Source: a virus (Duplodnaviria; Caudoviricetes). From it: a stretch of 27,457 nt of DNA. This document shows positions 8,315 through 18,427 of the stretch, one piece after another; positions within the stretch are counted from its first letter, which is position 1; every line of letters begins with the position of its first letter. The stretch is taken from positions 1-27,457 of IMG/VR virus record IMGVR_UViG_3300038809_000013; one strand, written 5' to 3'. The notes beneath the pieces were generated by a model that had not been told where the DNA came from, did no database searches, and saw only the letters and a list, made by a program, of their open reading frames with translations. The position numbers and the translations under genes are program-made.

Positions 8315-8638
8315 ATGAAAACCGTAAACCTCAAGATCGGCACTGACACCTACGAAAGCGAAGGCGGCAAGCCGGAAACGCGCGACGAATACCCGTGGGG
8401 GCTTCGCTTCACGTTGAACAATGACACGCTTGAAAAGCTGGGGATCCCATTACCAAAAGTGGGAGAGGTGGTTACTGTCGGCGGTATGGCTAAAGTGCTG
8501 TCTGTCTCTACGCGCACTGAAGGTGACAAAGCCGAAAGCAGCGTTGATCTGCAATTCACCGATATTGGCGTTGAACCGGCCGCCGCACCGCAGCGTTCTG
8601 CTGCCGACACTCTTTATGGCGACGCCGGGGGCGAGTAA
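8315..8638 (+). CDS. epsilon15 gp10-like protein (annotated capsid staple)
   Basis: MKTVNLK...GKPET.DEYPWGLR.TL...LQFTDIG resembles epsilon15 gp10 as recalled; RBS AGGAG. Confidence 0.75.
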   Translation: MKTVNLKIGTDTYESEGGKPETRDEYPWGLRFTLNNDTLEKLGIPLPKVGEVVTVGGMAKVLSVSTRTEGDKAESSVDLQFTDIGVEPAAAPQRSAADTLYGDAGGE

Positions 8639-9246
8639 TGGCATCCGTTATCCAGATCTGCAACGTGGCGCTGGGCCGCCTTGGCAATAGCCGGGTGATC
8701 GCCAGCCTCACCGAAAAGAGCAAAGAAGCCGCAGTATGCAATCTTTTCTATGAAGATTGCCGCGATGCCGTGCTTGCTGATTTCCCATGGCGTTTTGCCA
8801 CTAAGCGCGTGGCTCTTGCTGATCTGGATATCGCGCAACCTGATTGGCAATACAGCTACCGCTACCCAACCGACTGCATGCGCATTGTCGCGATAGTCTC
8901 TCCGGATGGTCAGCGTTTCATCACCCCTGAACAGCGCGTTCCGTATGAAGTTGGTGCTGATGAAAACGGCACTGGGCGCTTGATACTGACAGACCTGCCG
9001 AAAGCATGGCTTCGTTACATTACGCGTATATCCGATCCAAATATGTTCGATGCTGAATTTCGCGATGCTCTTGCCTGGCGCTTGGCTGCAGAAATCAACA
9101 TGCAGATCACCGGTGATGCAAACCTTGGAAATCGTGCTGAACAAAAATACCAGCTCACTATCTCATCGGCTTCAACGCTGAGCATGAACGAAACTCAGGA
9201 GCCGCCTGCGCCGTGGTCTGAGGTTTCTGACCTGAGGGCATCATAA
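8638..9246 (+). CDS. Tail adaptor (tail tubular protein A-like)
   Basis: ICNVALGRLG, PWRFATKR, YRYPTDCMR, FDAEFRDALAWRLAAE. Confidence 0.88.
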   Translation: MASVIQICNVALGRLGNSRVIASLTEKSKEAAVCNLFYEDCRDAVLADFPWRFATKRVALADLDIAQPDWQYSYRYPTDCMRIVAIVSPDGQRFITPEQRVPYEVGADENGTGRLILTDLPKAWLRYITRISDPNMFDAEFRDALAWRLAAEINMQITGDANLGNRAEQKYQLTISSASTLSMNETQEPPAPWSEVSDLRAS

Positions 9247-11750
9247 TGACAACCAGCCTGATCCAGCCATCCTTTGCCGGCGGCGAAGTTTCGCCTAGCC
9301 TTTACGGTCGTGTTGACCTGGAAAAATACCAGACCTCTCTGCGCCGCTGCCGTAACTTCATCGTCCGCCAATATGGTGGCGTAGAGAATCGGCCTGGTAC
9401 GCGTTACGTGGCGCCGGCCAAATACCCAGATCGCAAGTGCCGGTTGATCCCGTTCCAGTTCAATACCGAGCAAACCTATGTGCTCGAAGTCGGCGACCAC
9501 TATTTCCGCGTGTTCATGGATGGCGCCCAGGTTGTTTACTCATCTGGTGCCAGCGCTGGCCAGCCGGTAGATGTGGCAACACCATGGGCTGCAGGTGATA
9601 TTGATCTGCTGAAGTACACGCAGAGCGCAGATGTGCTTACCGTTTGCCATCCTGCATACCCACCAGTCGAGATTCAGCGTTACGCACATGATGATTGGCG
9701 CACTGCCGAAGTTGTTACCAAGGGTGGCCCATTCAACACCGTAAACACCGATGAGGGGATCACAGTTTACGCAAGTGCTGCCACAGGCACTGTCACTCTG
9801 ACAGCAAGTTCATCAATATTCAAATCATGGCACGTCGGAAAGCTTTTCTATGCCGAGCAAAAAAACGTCGACACGGTTACCCGCTGGGAGACTGAACGAC
9901 GCGTTGCCGTTGGTACTCTCATCCGATACAGCTACAACTATTACCGGTGCACGAACGTTGGCCCGAAAGAATTAACCGGCACAGTAGCGCCAGGCCATAC
10001 CGAAGGTGAGCAGTGGGATGGGTGGGCGGATGCAAACGCAACTGAAAATAATGGCGTGCTATGGAAATACATCCATAGCGGGTTTGGGATCATGAGAATC
10101 AATTCAGTGGCGGCTGATGGTTTGACAGCAGAAGCGATGGTCATCACCGAGTCCGATGGCATTCAAGAGCTGCCAAGCAATATGGTAGGGGCTGGAAATG
10201 CAACATACAAGTGGGCACATTACGCATGGAATAGCGATTCTGGCTATCCGGGAACCGTCGTTTACTTCCAGCAGCGCCTGATGTTTGCCGGATCTCGTTC
10301 TCAGCCACAAACTGTATGGACTAGCCGCAGCGGTGACTATAAAGATTTCGGCACATCCAATCCCACCGTTGACGACGATGCGATTACATACACCTACGCC
10401 GGGCGCCAGCTTAACCAGATCCGCCACCTGATAGATGTGGGTTCTTTGGTTGCACTTACCAGCGGCGGTGAATACAAAGTTAACGGCAATCAGCAGGGTA
10501 CCTTAACGCCGTCAGCCTTCCAATTTTCCAGCCAGGGACAGAATGGCGCCAGCCACGTGCAGCCGATCGCCATCAGTAACGTTGCACTTTTCATCCAGCA
10601 GAAGGGCGGCGCGGTGCGAGATCTGGCCTACTCGTTCGACGTCGACGGTTTCCAGGGTTCTGACCTAACTATCCTCGCAAACCATTTCTTTGTTGGCTTT
10701 CAAATTGTTGATTGGGCCTTCTCAATTACACCTATGTCTGTTGTCTGGTGCGCCCGTAATGACGGCGCGCTACTTGGATTAACCTACATGCGCGATCAGC
10801 AGGTTGCAGCGTGGCACCTACACCCGGGCGCTGGCCGATATGAATCCCTATGCAGCATTGCCGAAGATACCGAGGATGCTCTCTATTGCGTCGTGGAGCG
10901 CACCGTCAATGGCCAGCAGCGGCGTTACATCGAACGTATGCAAACCCGCCTATACACTGACATGGATGATGCCTTTTTCGTTGACTGTGGGCTGACATAC
11001 GACGGTAGGAACCGCGACACCAGTAAAACTATGACGCTGACCGGCGGCAGCGGAGACTGGCCATACGACGAAGAGATGACGCTGACAGTGGCCGGCGCCA
11101 GCTACTTCACGGCGGGTGATGTTGGCAGCGAAATCCATATCCCATATTTCGAAAATGACGAGAACAAAGTCCTTAAGCTGCTGATCCGTTCCGTGGTGAT
11201 CGGCAACCAGGCGACCGTAACCAGCAATCGTGATGTTCCTGAGCAACTTCGTGGTGTGTCGGTAAGCAACTGGAGTATGGCGCGTGGGATGTTCAGCGGC
11301 CTTGATCATCTCGAGGGGCAAGCGGTGAGCATCCTTTCCGACGCCAACGTTGAGCCGCAGAAGATTGTCACCGGTGGCAGCATCACACTGGAGAAAGCCG
11401 GCGCCGTTGTGCATGCAGGTCTGCCGATCTCCGCGGTCATTGAAACTCTGGACGTAAACCTTAACGGCAACGAAACCCTGCTCGATAAGAAGAAGCTTTT
11501 CACGAAAGCCTCTCTATTAGTCAACGAATCACGCGGCGTATTTGCGGCTACACCTGGTTGCGAGTTCTACGAGTACGCCCAGCGTGATGATGAATTTTAT
11601 GATGAGCCGGTCGATCCGAAGACGGGAACCATTGAATTACAATTGGATGCTAACTGGGGCAAGAATGGCCGGCTGATTGTTAAGCAAGACGATCCGCTAC
11701 CGATGACCATTCTGGCTGTCATCCCGCGCGTAACTGTAGGGGGCGTTTAG
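9246..11750 (+). CDS. Tail nozzle (tail tubular protein B-like)
   Basis: QPSFAGGEVSP, NFIVRQYGGVENRPGT, YPGTVVYFQQRL, GLDHLEGQ, PLPMTILA. Confidence 0.9.
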   Translation: MTTSLIQPSFAGGEVSPSLYGRVDLEKYQTSLRRCRNFIVRQYGGVENRPGTRYVAPAKYPDRKCRLIPFQFNTEQTYVLEVGDHYFRVFMDGAQVVYSSGASAGQPVDVATPWAAGDIDLLKYTQSADVLTVCHPAYPPVEIQRYAHDDWRTAEVVTKGGPFNTVNTDEGITVYASAATGTVTLTASSSIFKSWHVGKLFYAEQKNVDTVTRWETERRVAVGTLIRYSYNYYRCTNVGPKELTGTVAPGHTEGEQWDGWADANATENNGVLWKYIHSGFGIMRINSVAADGLTAEAMVITESDGIQELPSNMVGAGNATYKWAHYAWNSDSGYPGTVVYFQQRLMFAGSRSQPQTVWTSRSGDYKDFGTSNPTVDDDAITYTYAGRQLNQIRHLIDVGSLVALTSGGEYKVNGNQQGTLTPSAFQFSSQGQNGASHVQPIAISNVALFIQQKGGAVRDLAYSFDVDGFQGSDLTILANHFFVGFQIVDWAFSITPMSVVWCARNDGALLGLTYMRDQQVAAWHLHPGAGRYESLCSIAEDTEDALYCVVERTVNGQQRRYIERMQTRLYTDMDDAFFVDCGLTYDGRNRDTSKTMTLTGGSGDWPYDEEMTLTVAGASYFTAGDVGSEIHIPYFENDENKVLKLLIRSVVIGNQATVTSNRDVPEQLRGVSVSNWSMARGMFSGLDHLEGQAVSILSDANVEPQKIVTGGSITLEKAGAVVHAGLPISAVIETLDVNLNGNETLLDKKKLFTKASLLVNESRGVFAATPGCEFYEYAQRDDEFYDEPVDPKTGTIELQLDANWGKNGRLIVKQDDPLPMTILAVIPRVTVGGV

Positions 11751-12268
11751 TGCGTAAGGTTGAAGTTGTCGAGGCCACATTGGAACACGTAGCGGCATTA
11801 CTGCCGCACGTTCGCCAGGCTGACGTGGACGAATTCGAAGCGATGAGCGGAAAGACACCGGCGCAGGTGCTGGAGTTGGCCCTGCGCACTTCGGCTTTTT
11901 CCTTCGCCGGTCTGATTAACGGCCAGGTGGTCACCATCTTCGGCGTGGCGCCGCGCTCCATTATCACCGGCTCTGGCGTTCCTTGGCTGGTTGGTTCTGA
12001 TCTGCTGGAGCGTTATCAGGCCACTTTCCTGCGCCGCTGTCGGCCGGTTTTGCAGTTATTTCTGCAGCATTACCCAGTGCTGGAAAACTACGTAGACGCC
12101 CGCAATACAGCGGCTAAATGCTGGCTGCATTGGATGGGGTTCACCATCCATGAAGCGCAGCCGGTCGGCCGGGCCGGGCTTCCATTCCACAGATTCGATA
12201 TGAGACGAGGTGACCATGTGTGGACCATTAGCGGTACCAATTGCAATGATGGCAGTCGCTGCTGTTAG
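11750..12268 (+). CDS. GNAT-like internal virion protein A homolog (T7 gp13-like)
   Basis: RQADVDEF, GVPWLVGS, LENYVDARN..A..WLHWMGF; position between nozzle and ejection genes. Confidence 0.8.
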   Translation: MRKVEVVEATLEHVAALLPHVRQADVDEFEAMSGKTPAQVLELALRTSAFSFAGLINGQVVTIFGVAPRSIITGSGVPWLVGSDLLERYQATFLRRCRPVLQLFLQHYPVLENYVDARNTAAKCWLHWMGFTIHEAQPVGRAGLPFHRFDMRRGDHVWTISGTNCNDGSRCC

Positions 12269-12782
12269 TGCATACGGACAAGTTCAGCAGGGAAGGACGC
12301 AGGCAAAAATAGCCAATGCCAACGCTGACGCACAAGAGATCGCCGCCAAGGATGCCATAAATACCGGTAACGCCAATGCCGACCAGCAGCGCCAGCAGAC
12401 GCGACAACTGCAGGGCCAGCAGGCGGCCGCATTCGGCGCCGCCGGCACAGACATGACCAGCGGCAGCGCGCTGAATATCTTCGGCAACACTGCGCAAGGT
12501 GGCCAGCTAGATGCGCTGACAACGGTCAATAACGCAGAGAGGCAGGGGGCCGGGCTTAACTTCCAGGCTGGCGTTAGCCGTGCACAGGGCCAGATCGACC
12601 GCAACGCGGCAAACCTAGGGGCTGCGACAACGATCCTTAATTCGTCCCTGTCAGCCTATGGTGCCTATCAATCATCTGGCGCGCTGAATAAGCCAGCGGC
12701 GAAGACAGGCAGCGGTTCAGGAAACAACATGTTCACCAATGCCCGCGGCAGCCGTTACGGCGCCAACGCGTACACGTTCTAA
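12216..12782 (+). CDS. Ejection/internal virion protein (T7 gp14-like)
   Basis: RBS GAGG; MC start, hydrophobic N-terminus, Ala/Gln-rich, QAAAFGAAG.D...GSAL. Confidence 0.8.
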   Translation: MCGPLAVPIAMMAVAAVSAYGQVQQGRTQAKIANANADAQEIAAKDAINTGNANADQQRQQTRQLQGQQAAAFGAAGTDMTSGSALNIFGNTAQGGQLDALTTVNNAERQGAGLNFQAGVSRAQGQIDRNAANLGAATTILNSSLSAYGAYQSSGALNKPAAKTGSGSGNNMFTNARGSRYGANAYTF

Positions 12783-12791
12783 GGGGGAGCG

Positions 12792-15614
12792 ATGCCAACA
12801 GTACCGGTATACCAGCGCCAGTCACAATCTGAGATGGCGCCTGTAAACACGCAAAACCTCCGCATTCCGCAGGGCAACGGATTAACAGCGCTGGCTGATG
12901 TCGGAGCTAATGCTCTTGGCGTTTACCAGCAGCAGCGAGAGCGCGAGGATCTGGCCTTCGCTCAGAATGCACTTCTGCAGTTCAACCAGCAGGCAGATGA
13001 CCTGATTAATAACCCGCAGACCGGGCTGATCACAAAGCAGGGCGCTAATGCTATCGGACAGGGGGATCAGGTCGCTGGACAGCTTAGCCAGATGGCTGGG
13101 TCTGCATTTGATTCAATCCCCGACGGGCCTGTAAAAGAGCGGTTTCGTAACCAGTTCGCGGCTGCCGGGCAGCCGATCGCAAATCGTGCGCGGCAATATG
13201 AAGTTGGGCAGCGCCAGCAATTCGAATCTGGGCAGCAACAGGGGTTGTTGTCCAACCTGCAAAAGCAGGCCCGCGACAGCTATGACGACAACGATATGTT
13301 CTCCAGTTCATTGTCACTCGGTGGCCAGCAGATTGTTGCCTATGGTCAAGCGCATGGACAAAGCCCTGAAGAGATAGAGGACAACTGGAATAGGTTTCGT
13401 GAGAGCGCCGCGCATGAGGTGTTAAATGCTCGCGCCAGTACCGGGCGATATGAGCAGTATCTTGCCAAGAACGGCGAGCCTTCCGACACCGGCGGCGTGC
13501 CACGATTCAGTGCGCACGGTAACTCAGCGGCATCGCGTGGCCTACGCAATAACAACCCTGGCAACATTGAAGCCAGCGCCGAAAATCCGTGGGAAGGTCA
13601 GACCGGCAGCGATGGCCGCTTTGCCAAGTTCGAAACGCCTGAACACGGGATCCGTGCCCTGGGCAAAAACCTGCTGGCATACAATAAGCGCCATGGGCTG
13701 GATACTGTAGGGGAGATGATCACACGCTGGGCACCACCAAAAGAGAACGATACTGCCTCATACATCAAAGCTATTTGCGCGCAGCTCGGCGTTGGTGCCA
13801 ATGACCAGATCGATGTAACCAACCCGCGCACGCTGGCCGCACTGTGTGCCGGGATCGTGCAGCATGAAAATGGCGACCAGCCATATAGCGCCGATCAGAT
13901 TAGTAACGGCGTCAGCGCTGCGCTTGGCCTTACTGAACTAACAGGGAGCAACAAGCGCCGCACAGGTGATGCCGCCTTTGACTCTGCAAGCCCGGCGGCA
14001 CAAGGGGCATACTTGCGGCAGATGCAGGCGATGCAGAACGAACAGCGTGCCCTGTATGCGGCGCAGATGGGGACATCTATCAAAGATGCTTATTCAGCTT
14101 TGGATGAAGGCATGCAGCCTGGGCAACTGCCAACACAGGCTGACCTGATAAATGCCTATGGCCAAGCCAAAGGTATGCAGCAGTGGAATGACCTGCAAGA
14201 CCAGAAAGCCTACGGCGGCGTTATCTCTGCATCCAAGGATATGTCACCGGCTGCGCGCGATGACTTGCTCGAACGCCTTCGGCCTAACGATCCCAACGCT
14301 GAAAACTTCGCTGCCAATCAGCAGCGCTGGACAAAGATGAAGGCCAAATTCAGCGAGCTGGATAAAGAGTGGGAAAGGAACCAGGGCCGATCGATGGTCA
14401 CCAACGCGCTGAATAATGGCGTCGCTCTGGATCCGTCGAACAAGAGCAACAAGGATGCTGCCGACAGTTATTTTGATAGTAATCTCAGCAACTTCAATAT
14501 CAACAATAACGACGACGTTAATGCGGTGAGCAGCTTTGTCGCCAAGACAGGGATCATACCGACAAAGTTAGCATCACAGCTGAATGCCGCTTCGGCGGCC
14601 AAAGACCCCAACGTTGCCATTCCTGCCGCAGAGCTTGTAAGCCGGATTTATGACACTAATCCGGCGGCAGTATCCAACATGCCAAAGGAAAAGCAGTCTT
14701 TTTACCTGAACGCCAAGCGTCTTAAAGACGCCGGTGTTAATCCTGAAGCAGCTGTGGAACAGGCTTACAACTTGGCCTATAACCAAACCGACGCGATCAA
14801 GGCGCAACTGGCATCTGAACAGGGAACGTCATCCTATAAGAAAGACCGGCTATCTGCGGCAAGCGATTTTGTCAGCGACCACTCGCAGTTTTTAAGAATC
14901 GATCCATCGGCAAAAGACACGAACACAGATGCTGCCAGTTTCCGCCAAGACTATGAATCTTTGTATGACCTTAACTACCGCGTATCCGGCGGTGATGCTG
15001 ATATTGCCAAGAAGCTTACAAGCCAACAGATAGCCCGCGCCTGGTCGATCAGCGAGGTTAACGGTAGTGCTCAACTGATGAAGTATGCGCCAGAGGCGCT
15101 GTATCAAGGCGGCCCTAGTGGTTGGCAGGCTCAGCAGTGGGAAGAAGAAAAACAACGTCTGACTTACGGTGAGAAGAGTGATCCGATTGAAACCAGCACT
15201 AACGTGCTCAATGCTACAACCGGGCGGCCTGGCGTTGCCACCACGACAACACCAGAGCGGAAAGTGAAAGGAGATATCATTCTTGTTCCTGACGCCAGCA
15301 CGCCACGAAATGGTGATTACTCCATCATGATCAGAGATGAAGACAAGGATGGGGTGCCAACACTGCAGCATTATTTTGATGCTGATGGCAGGCAGCTCCG
15401 ATACAGGCCAGACCTCGAAAGTTGGAAACCATACCAAGAGTTGATATCAGATCAGAAGGTGAACGTTGAACAAACGATGCAGAAGGCCCAGGAGCGCAGA
15501 GGTTTCTATGATGCCCATCGTAAGTTTGACGATCAGTATCAGGAGGGGCATGAGAAGCGCGTTGAAAAACAAAAAATTCAACTTAAAAACTACTTCAGAT
15601 GGAGTAACGAATAA
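12792..15614 (+). CDS. Ejection/internal virion protein with embedded NNPGNI lysozyme-like domain
   Basis: 940 aa; MPTVPVY start; RNNNPGNI...FETPEHGIRAL...RWAPPKENDT...HENG at 13536-13874. Confidence 0.85.
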   Translation: MPTVPVYQRQSQSEMAPVNTQNLRIPQGNGLTALADVGANALGVYQQQREREDLAFAQNALLQFNQQADDLINNPQTGLITKQGANAIGQGDQVAGQLSQMAGSAFDSIPDGPVKERFRNQFAAAGQPIANRARQYEVGQRQQFESGQQQGLLSNLQKQARDSYDDNDMFSSSLSLGGQQIVAYGQAHGQSPEEIEDNWNRFRESAAHEVLNARASTGRYEQYLAKNGEPSDTGGVPRFSAHGNSAASRGLRNNNPGNIEASAENPWEGQTGSDGRFAKFETPEHGIRALGKNLLAYNKRHGLDTVGEMITRWAPPKENDTASYIKAICAQLGVGANDQIDVTNPRTLAALCAGIVQHENGDQPYSADQISNGVSAALGLTELTGSNKRRTGDAAFDSASPAAQGAYLRQMQAMQNEQRALYAAQMGTSIKDAYSALDEGMQPGQLPTQADLINAYGQAKGMQQWNDLQDQKAYGGVISASKDMSPAARDDLLERLRPNDPNAENFAANQQRWTKMKAKFSELDKEWERNQGRSMVTNALNNGVALDPSNKSNKDAADSYFDSNLSNFNINNNDDVNAVSSFVAKTGIIPTKLASQLNAASAAKDPNVAIPAAELVSRIYDTNPAAVSNMPKEKQSFYLNAKRLKDAGVNPEAAVEQAYNLAYNQTDAIKAQLASEQGTSSYKKDRLSAASDFVSDHSQFLRIDPSAKDTNTDAASFRQDYESLYDLNYRVSGGDADIAKKLTSQQIARAWSISEVNGSAQLMKYAPEALYQGGPSGWQAQQWEEEKQRLTYGEKSDPIETSTNVLNATTGRPGVATTTTPERKVKGDIILVPDASTPRNGDYSIMIRDEDKDGVPTLQHYFDADGRQLRYRPDLESWKPYQELISDQKVNVEQTMQKAQERRGFYDAHRKFDDQYQEGHEKRVEKQKIQLKNYFRWSNE

Positions 15615-18427
15615 TGCCTGTTTATCCAACACCTGATTCATACGCCAACAATTTCTCTGCACCTCAAGCGCCTGGCTGGGATACCCCGCCAGCGCCAGGG
15701 GTAAACCCAGCCCCAGAAGAAGAGGGACCGTCAGTATTTGGCGCAGCGTTCCGCCAATACAATCTAATGTCTGGGCTATTTAATCCGGCACCAGATTTTG
15801 AAGAACAAGAAGGGTATAACCCATTCACCGATCCGGATGAAACTCGAGGCTATGAGCAGTGGGCTACCTCTTTTTCTGACTCTCGCTCCCCTCAGCAAAC
15901 GGCATTTATAAAGCAAGGTATTGACGTAGAGAATCAAGATAAGCAATTTCTTTCCGAGTCGGGTTTAGCTGGTGTATTTGCCAGTATAGCTGCTGGTGTT
16001 TTGGATCCTGTGACGATTGGGAGTTTGTTTATCCCAGGAGCCCAAGGAGGCATTGCGGCCAGGATTGCATCCAATGCGGCAATTGCCGCCGGCGGTACGG
16101 CGGTAAGTGAGTTAGCGCTTCACCAGCAGCAGTACACGCGGACAGCTGAGGAAAGCCTATTTCACACGGCGGCCGGTGCTGTTCTTGGCGGTATGCTTGG
16201 CGCTGGTTCTCATCTATTAAGCCCGGAAGTTAGAAGCACTGCACAAACAGAGATCGCCGATTCGCTCAGGAACCTTAACACTGGCGGCAGTATGGGTGCT
16301 ATGAACGTGCCAGCGACAACTTTGGCGCAGGAAACAATGCAGGGGCCAAAAGTCGTCAACAAAGTAATGAACATGACACCGCTTGGCCGCACAATGGACT
16401 CCCCTTCTGTAACTGTACGCCGGACTGTTCAGCAATTGGCAGAGAATAACCTCACCACTGCCAAGAACCTCGAAGGAATAGCCACGCCATCGGCTGCAGA
16501 AACACAAGTTCGTATGTGGGCTCGTTCTGAGGCCGCATCTGTTGTAACTGCTAACGATGGATTTGCAAAATTCAGGGCGCAGGGTGGCACTGGCAGCAAA
16601 CTTGATTTTTCCGAGGAAGTTGGCAGGGCTATGCGTAGGAATGATACCAGCCCTAACGCAGTTATTCAGGAAACAGCAAAGGCACTGCGGCCAATTCTTG
16701 ATAACGTCCGTAATGAAATGCAAGCACTTGGAATGCTCTCGGAGGAACTTAAGGTCACCGGTGCACAAAGCTACTTCCCACGAATGTATCGACAGGGTGA
16801 AGTTCTGGCCAGGCGCGACGAGTTCAGGAAAATCATTACAGACTGGTGGGCTAGAGGCGGTAAGGTATCGCAGGAAGATTTAGATATAGCTGCTGATGAG
16901 GTGATCAATAAAATCACCGGAGCAATGCGGCCACAAGACTATGCTAACGCCTTTTCTGTAAAGCTGCCAGGGGCTACAAAATCCCGTTCTCTTAATGTTC
17001 CTGACGATCTGTTGGAGCCATTCCTTGAATCGGATGTCCGTTTTGTTATGCAACGTCATATTCGTGATGCTGCGCCGAATATCGAACTTACGCGCAATTT
17101 TGGTGACTCTTCGATGGAACGAGTGTTGAAAGACATTCGTGATGAGTATACCGAAATGATGCGTAATAACCCTGCCGACCAGGCGAAGCTAAACCGCAGA
17201 ATGAAGCGTGATGAAGCAGATATCATGGCTATGCGCGATCGCCTTCTTGGTACCTATAAAATGCCTGATGACCCGTCTAGTACGTTTGTGAGGGCCGGTA
17301 ATGTTCTAAGGAACGTGAACTATCTTACAAAGCTCGGCGGCATGACTGTTTCTGCTGTGCCTGATCTAGCGAGGGCTGTGATGGTTAACGGATTTGGAAA
17401 GACATTCAGTGCATACGGCAAGTGGTTGGCTCGCTCCCCAGCCTGGAAAGCCAATAGGGAAGAGATGCAGAAGATGGGTACGGCGTTGGATATTGTGCTA
17501 TCTGACCGCAGCCGGGCTATCGCTGACATAGCTGATGGTTTCTCGCAACGTTCTGCACTGGAATCTGGGCTTGATTATGCAACCGGAAAGTTTGGCAACC
17601 TCACATTGATGAACCAGTGGAACTCCTTTCACAAGTCACTGAATGGGATGAATACAGCCGATATCATCCTTGGATCCACGAAATCCAATCCCCGCCTGGC
17701 GAAACTTGGCATTGACGATAATATGGCATCACGTATTCAGCAGCAATTCGCATCACATGGCAAGACAGTTGATGGCTTGCGAATAGGAAACAGTAGCGCC
17801 TGGGATGATCCTGCCGTGCGTAGTGCTTTCGAGTCCGCTGTGGTCAAGGATGTGAATAACACTATAGTTACGCCTGGCATTGGTGATACGCCGTTGTGGT
17901 CAAGCTCCCAGATGGGGAAATTGGTGTTCCAGTTCAAATCGTTTATCTTTGGTTCTTACAATCGTTCAACCGTTGGTGGCATCCAGGCAGGAGAGGCGCA
18001 ATTTTACTATGGCCTTGGTCTTCAGCTTATGCTCGGTGCGATGACATATGCGATTAAGAATACGCTAGCCGGCAGAGATGTTGACTATTCCCCTGAGAAG
18101 TTAGTTCTGGAAGGCGTAGACCGCTCTGGGGTGCTTGGACCACTAATGGAGTTCAACAACACATTGGAGAATGCCAGCGTCGGAACGCTAGGGATTGGAC
18201 CAGCGCTTGGCACTGGCACTCAATCACGCTATGCCAGCAGGAATAGGCTTGGTTCGTTGTTTGGCCCATCATTTGACTCGGTAGGAAAACTATCAGATAT
18301 TGCTACTGGCATACTTAGCGGTGATTTTGATGATAAGGCCGTTCACTCTACACGGCAACTTATCCCAGGACAGAACCTGTTCTGGATCGCTCCGATACTG
18401 AATAAGGTTGAGGATCAGATGGAGTAG
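15614..18427 (+). CDS. Large ejection/internal virion protein (T7 gp16-like position)
   Basis: 937 aa; SYFPRMY, IVTPGIGDTPLW, GKLVFQFKSF motifs; TAATG coupling. Confidence 0.85.
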   Translation: MPVYPTPDSYANNFSAPQAPGWDTPPAPGVNPAPEEEGPSVFGAAFRQYNLMSGLFNPAPDFEEQEGYNPFTDPDETRGYEQWATSFSDSRSPQQTAFIKQGIDVENQDKQFLSESGLAGVFASIAAGVLDPVTIGSLFIPGAQGGIAARIASNAAIAAGGTAVSELALHQQQYTRTAEESLFHTAAGAVLGGMLGAGSHLLSPEVRSTAQTEIADSLRNLNTGGSMGAMNVPATTLAQETMQGPKVVNKVMNMTPLGRTMDSPSVTVRRTVQQLAENNLTTAKNLEGIATPSAAETQVRMWARSEAASVVTANDGFAKFRAQGGTGSKLDFSEEVGRAMRRNDTSPNAVIQETAKALRPILDNVRNEMQALGMLSEELKVTGAQSYFPRMYRQGEVLARRDEFRKIITDWWARGGKVSQEDLDIAADEVINKITGAMRPQDYANAFSVKLPGATKSRSLNVPDDLLEPFLESDVRFVMQRHIRDAAPNIELTRNFGDSSMERVLKDIRDEYTEMMRNNPADQAKLNRRMKRDEADIMAMRDRLLGTYKMPDDPSSTFVRAGNVLRNVNYLTKLGGMTVSAVPDLARAVMVNGFGKTFSAYGKWLARSPAWKANREEMQKMGTALDIVLSDRSRAIADIADGFSQRSALESGLDYATGKFGNLTLMNQWNSFHKSLNGMNTADIILGSTKSNPRLAKLGIDDNMASRIQQQFASHGKTVDGLRIGNSSAWDDPAVRSAFESAVVKDVNNTIVTPGIGDTPLWSSSQMGKLVFQFKSFIFGSYNRSTVGGIQAGEAQFYYGLGLQLMLGAMTYAIKNTLAGRDVDYSPEKLVLEGVDRSGVLGPLMEFNNTLENASVGTLGIGPALGTGTQSRYASRNRLGSLFGPSFDSVGKLSDIATGILSGDFDDKAVHSTRQLIPGQNLFWIAPILNKVEDQME

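Noticed and set aside
12219-12268. C-terminal extension of the GNAT-like ORF into the next gene
   Set aside because: Most simply explained by a TGG where a TGA could lie within the overlapping MCGP start; no sign of function
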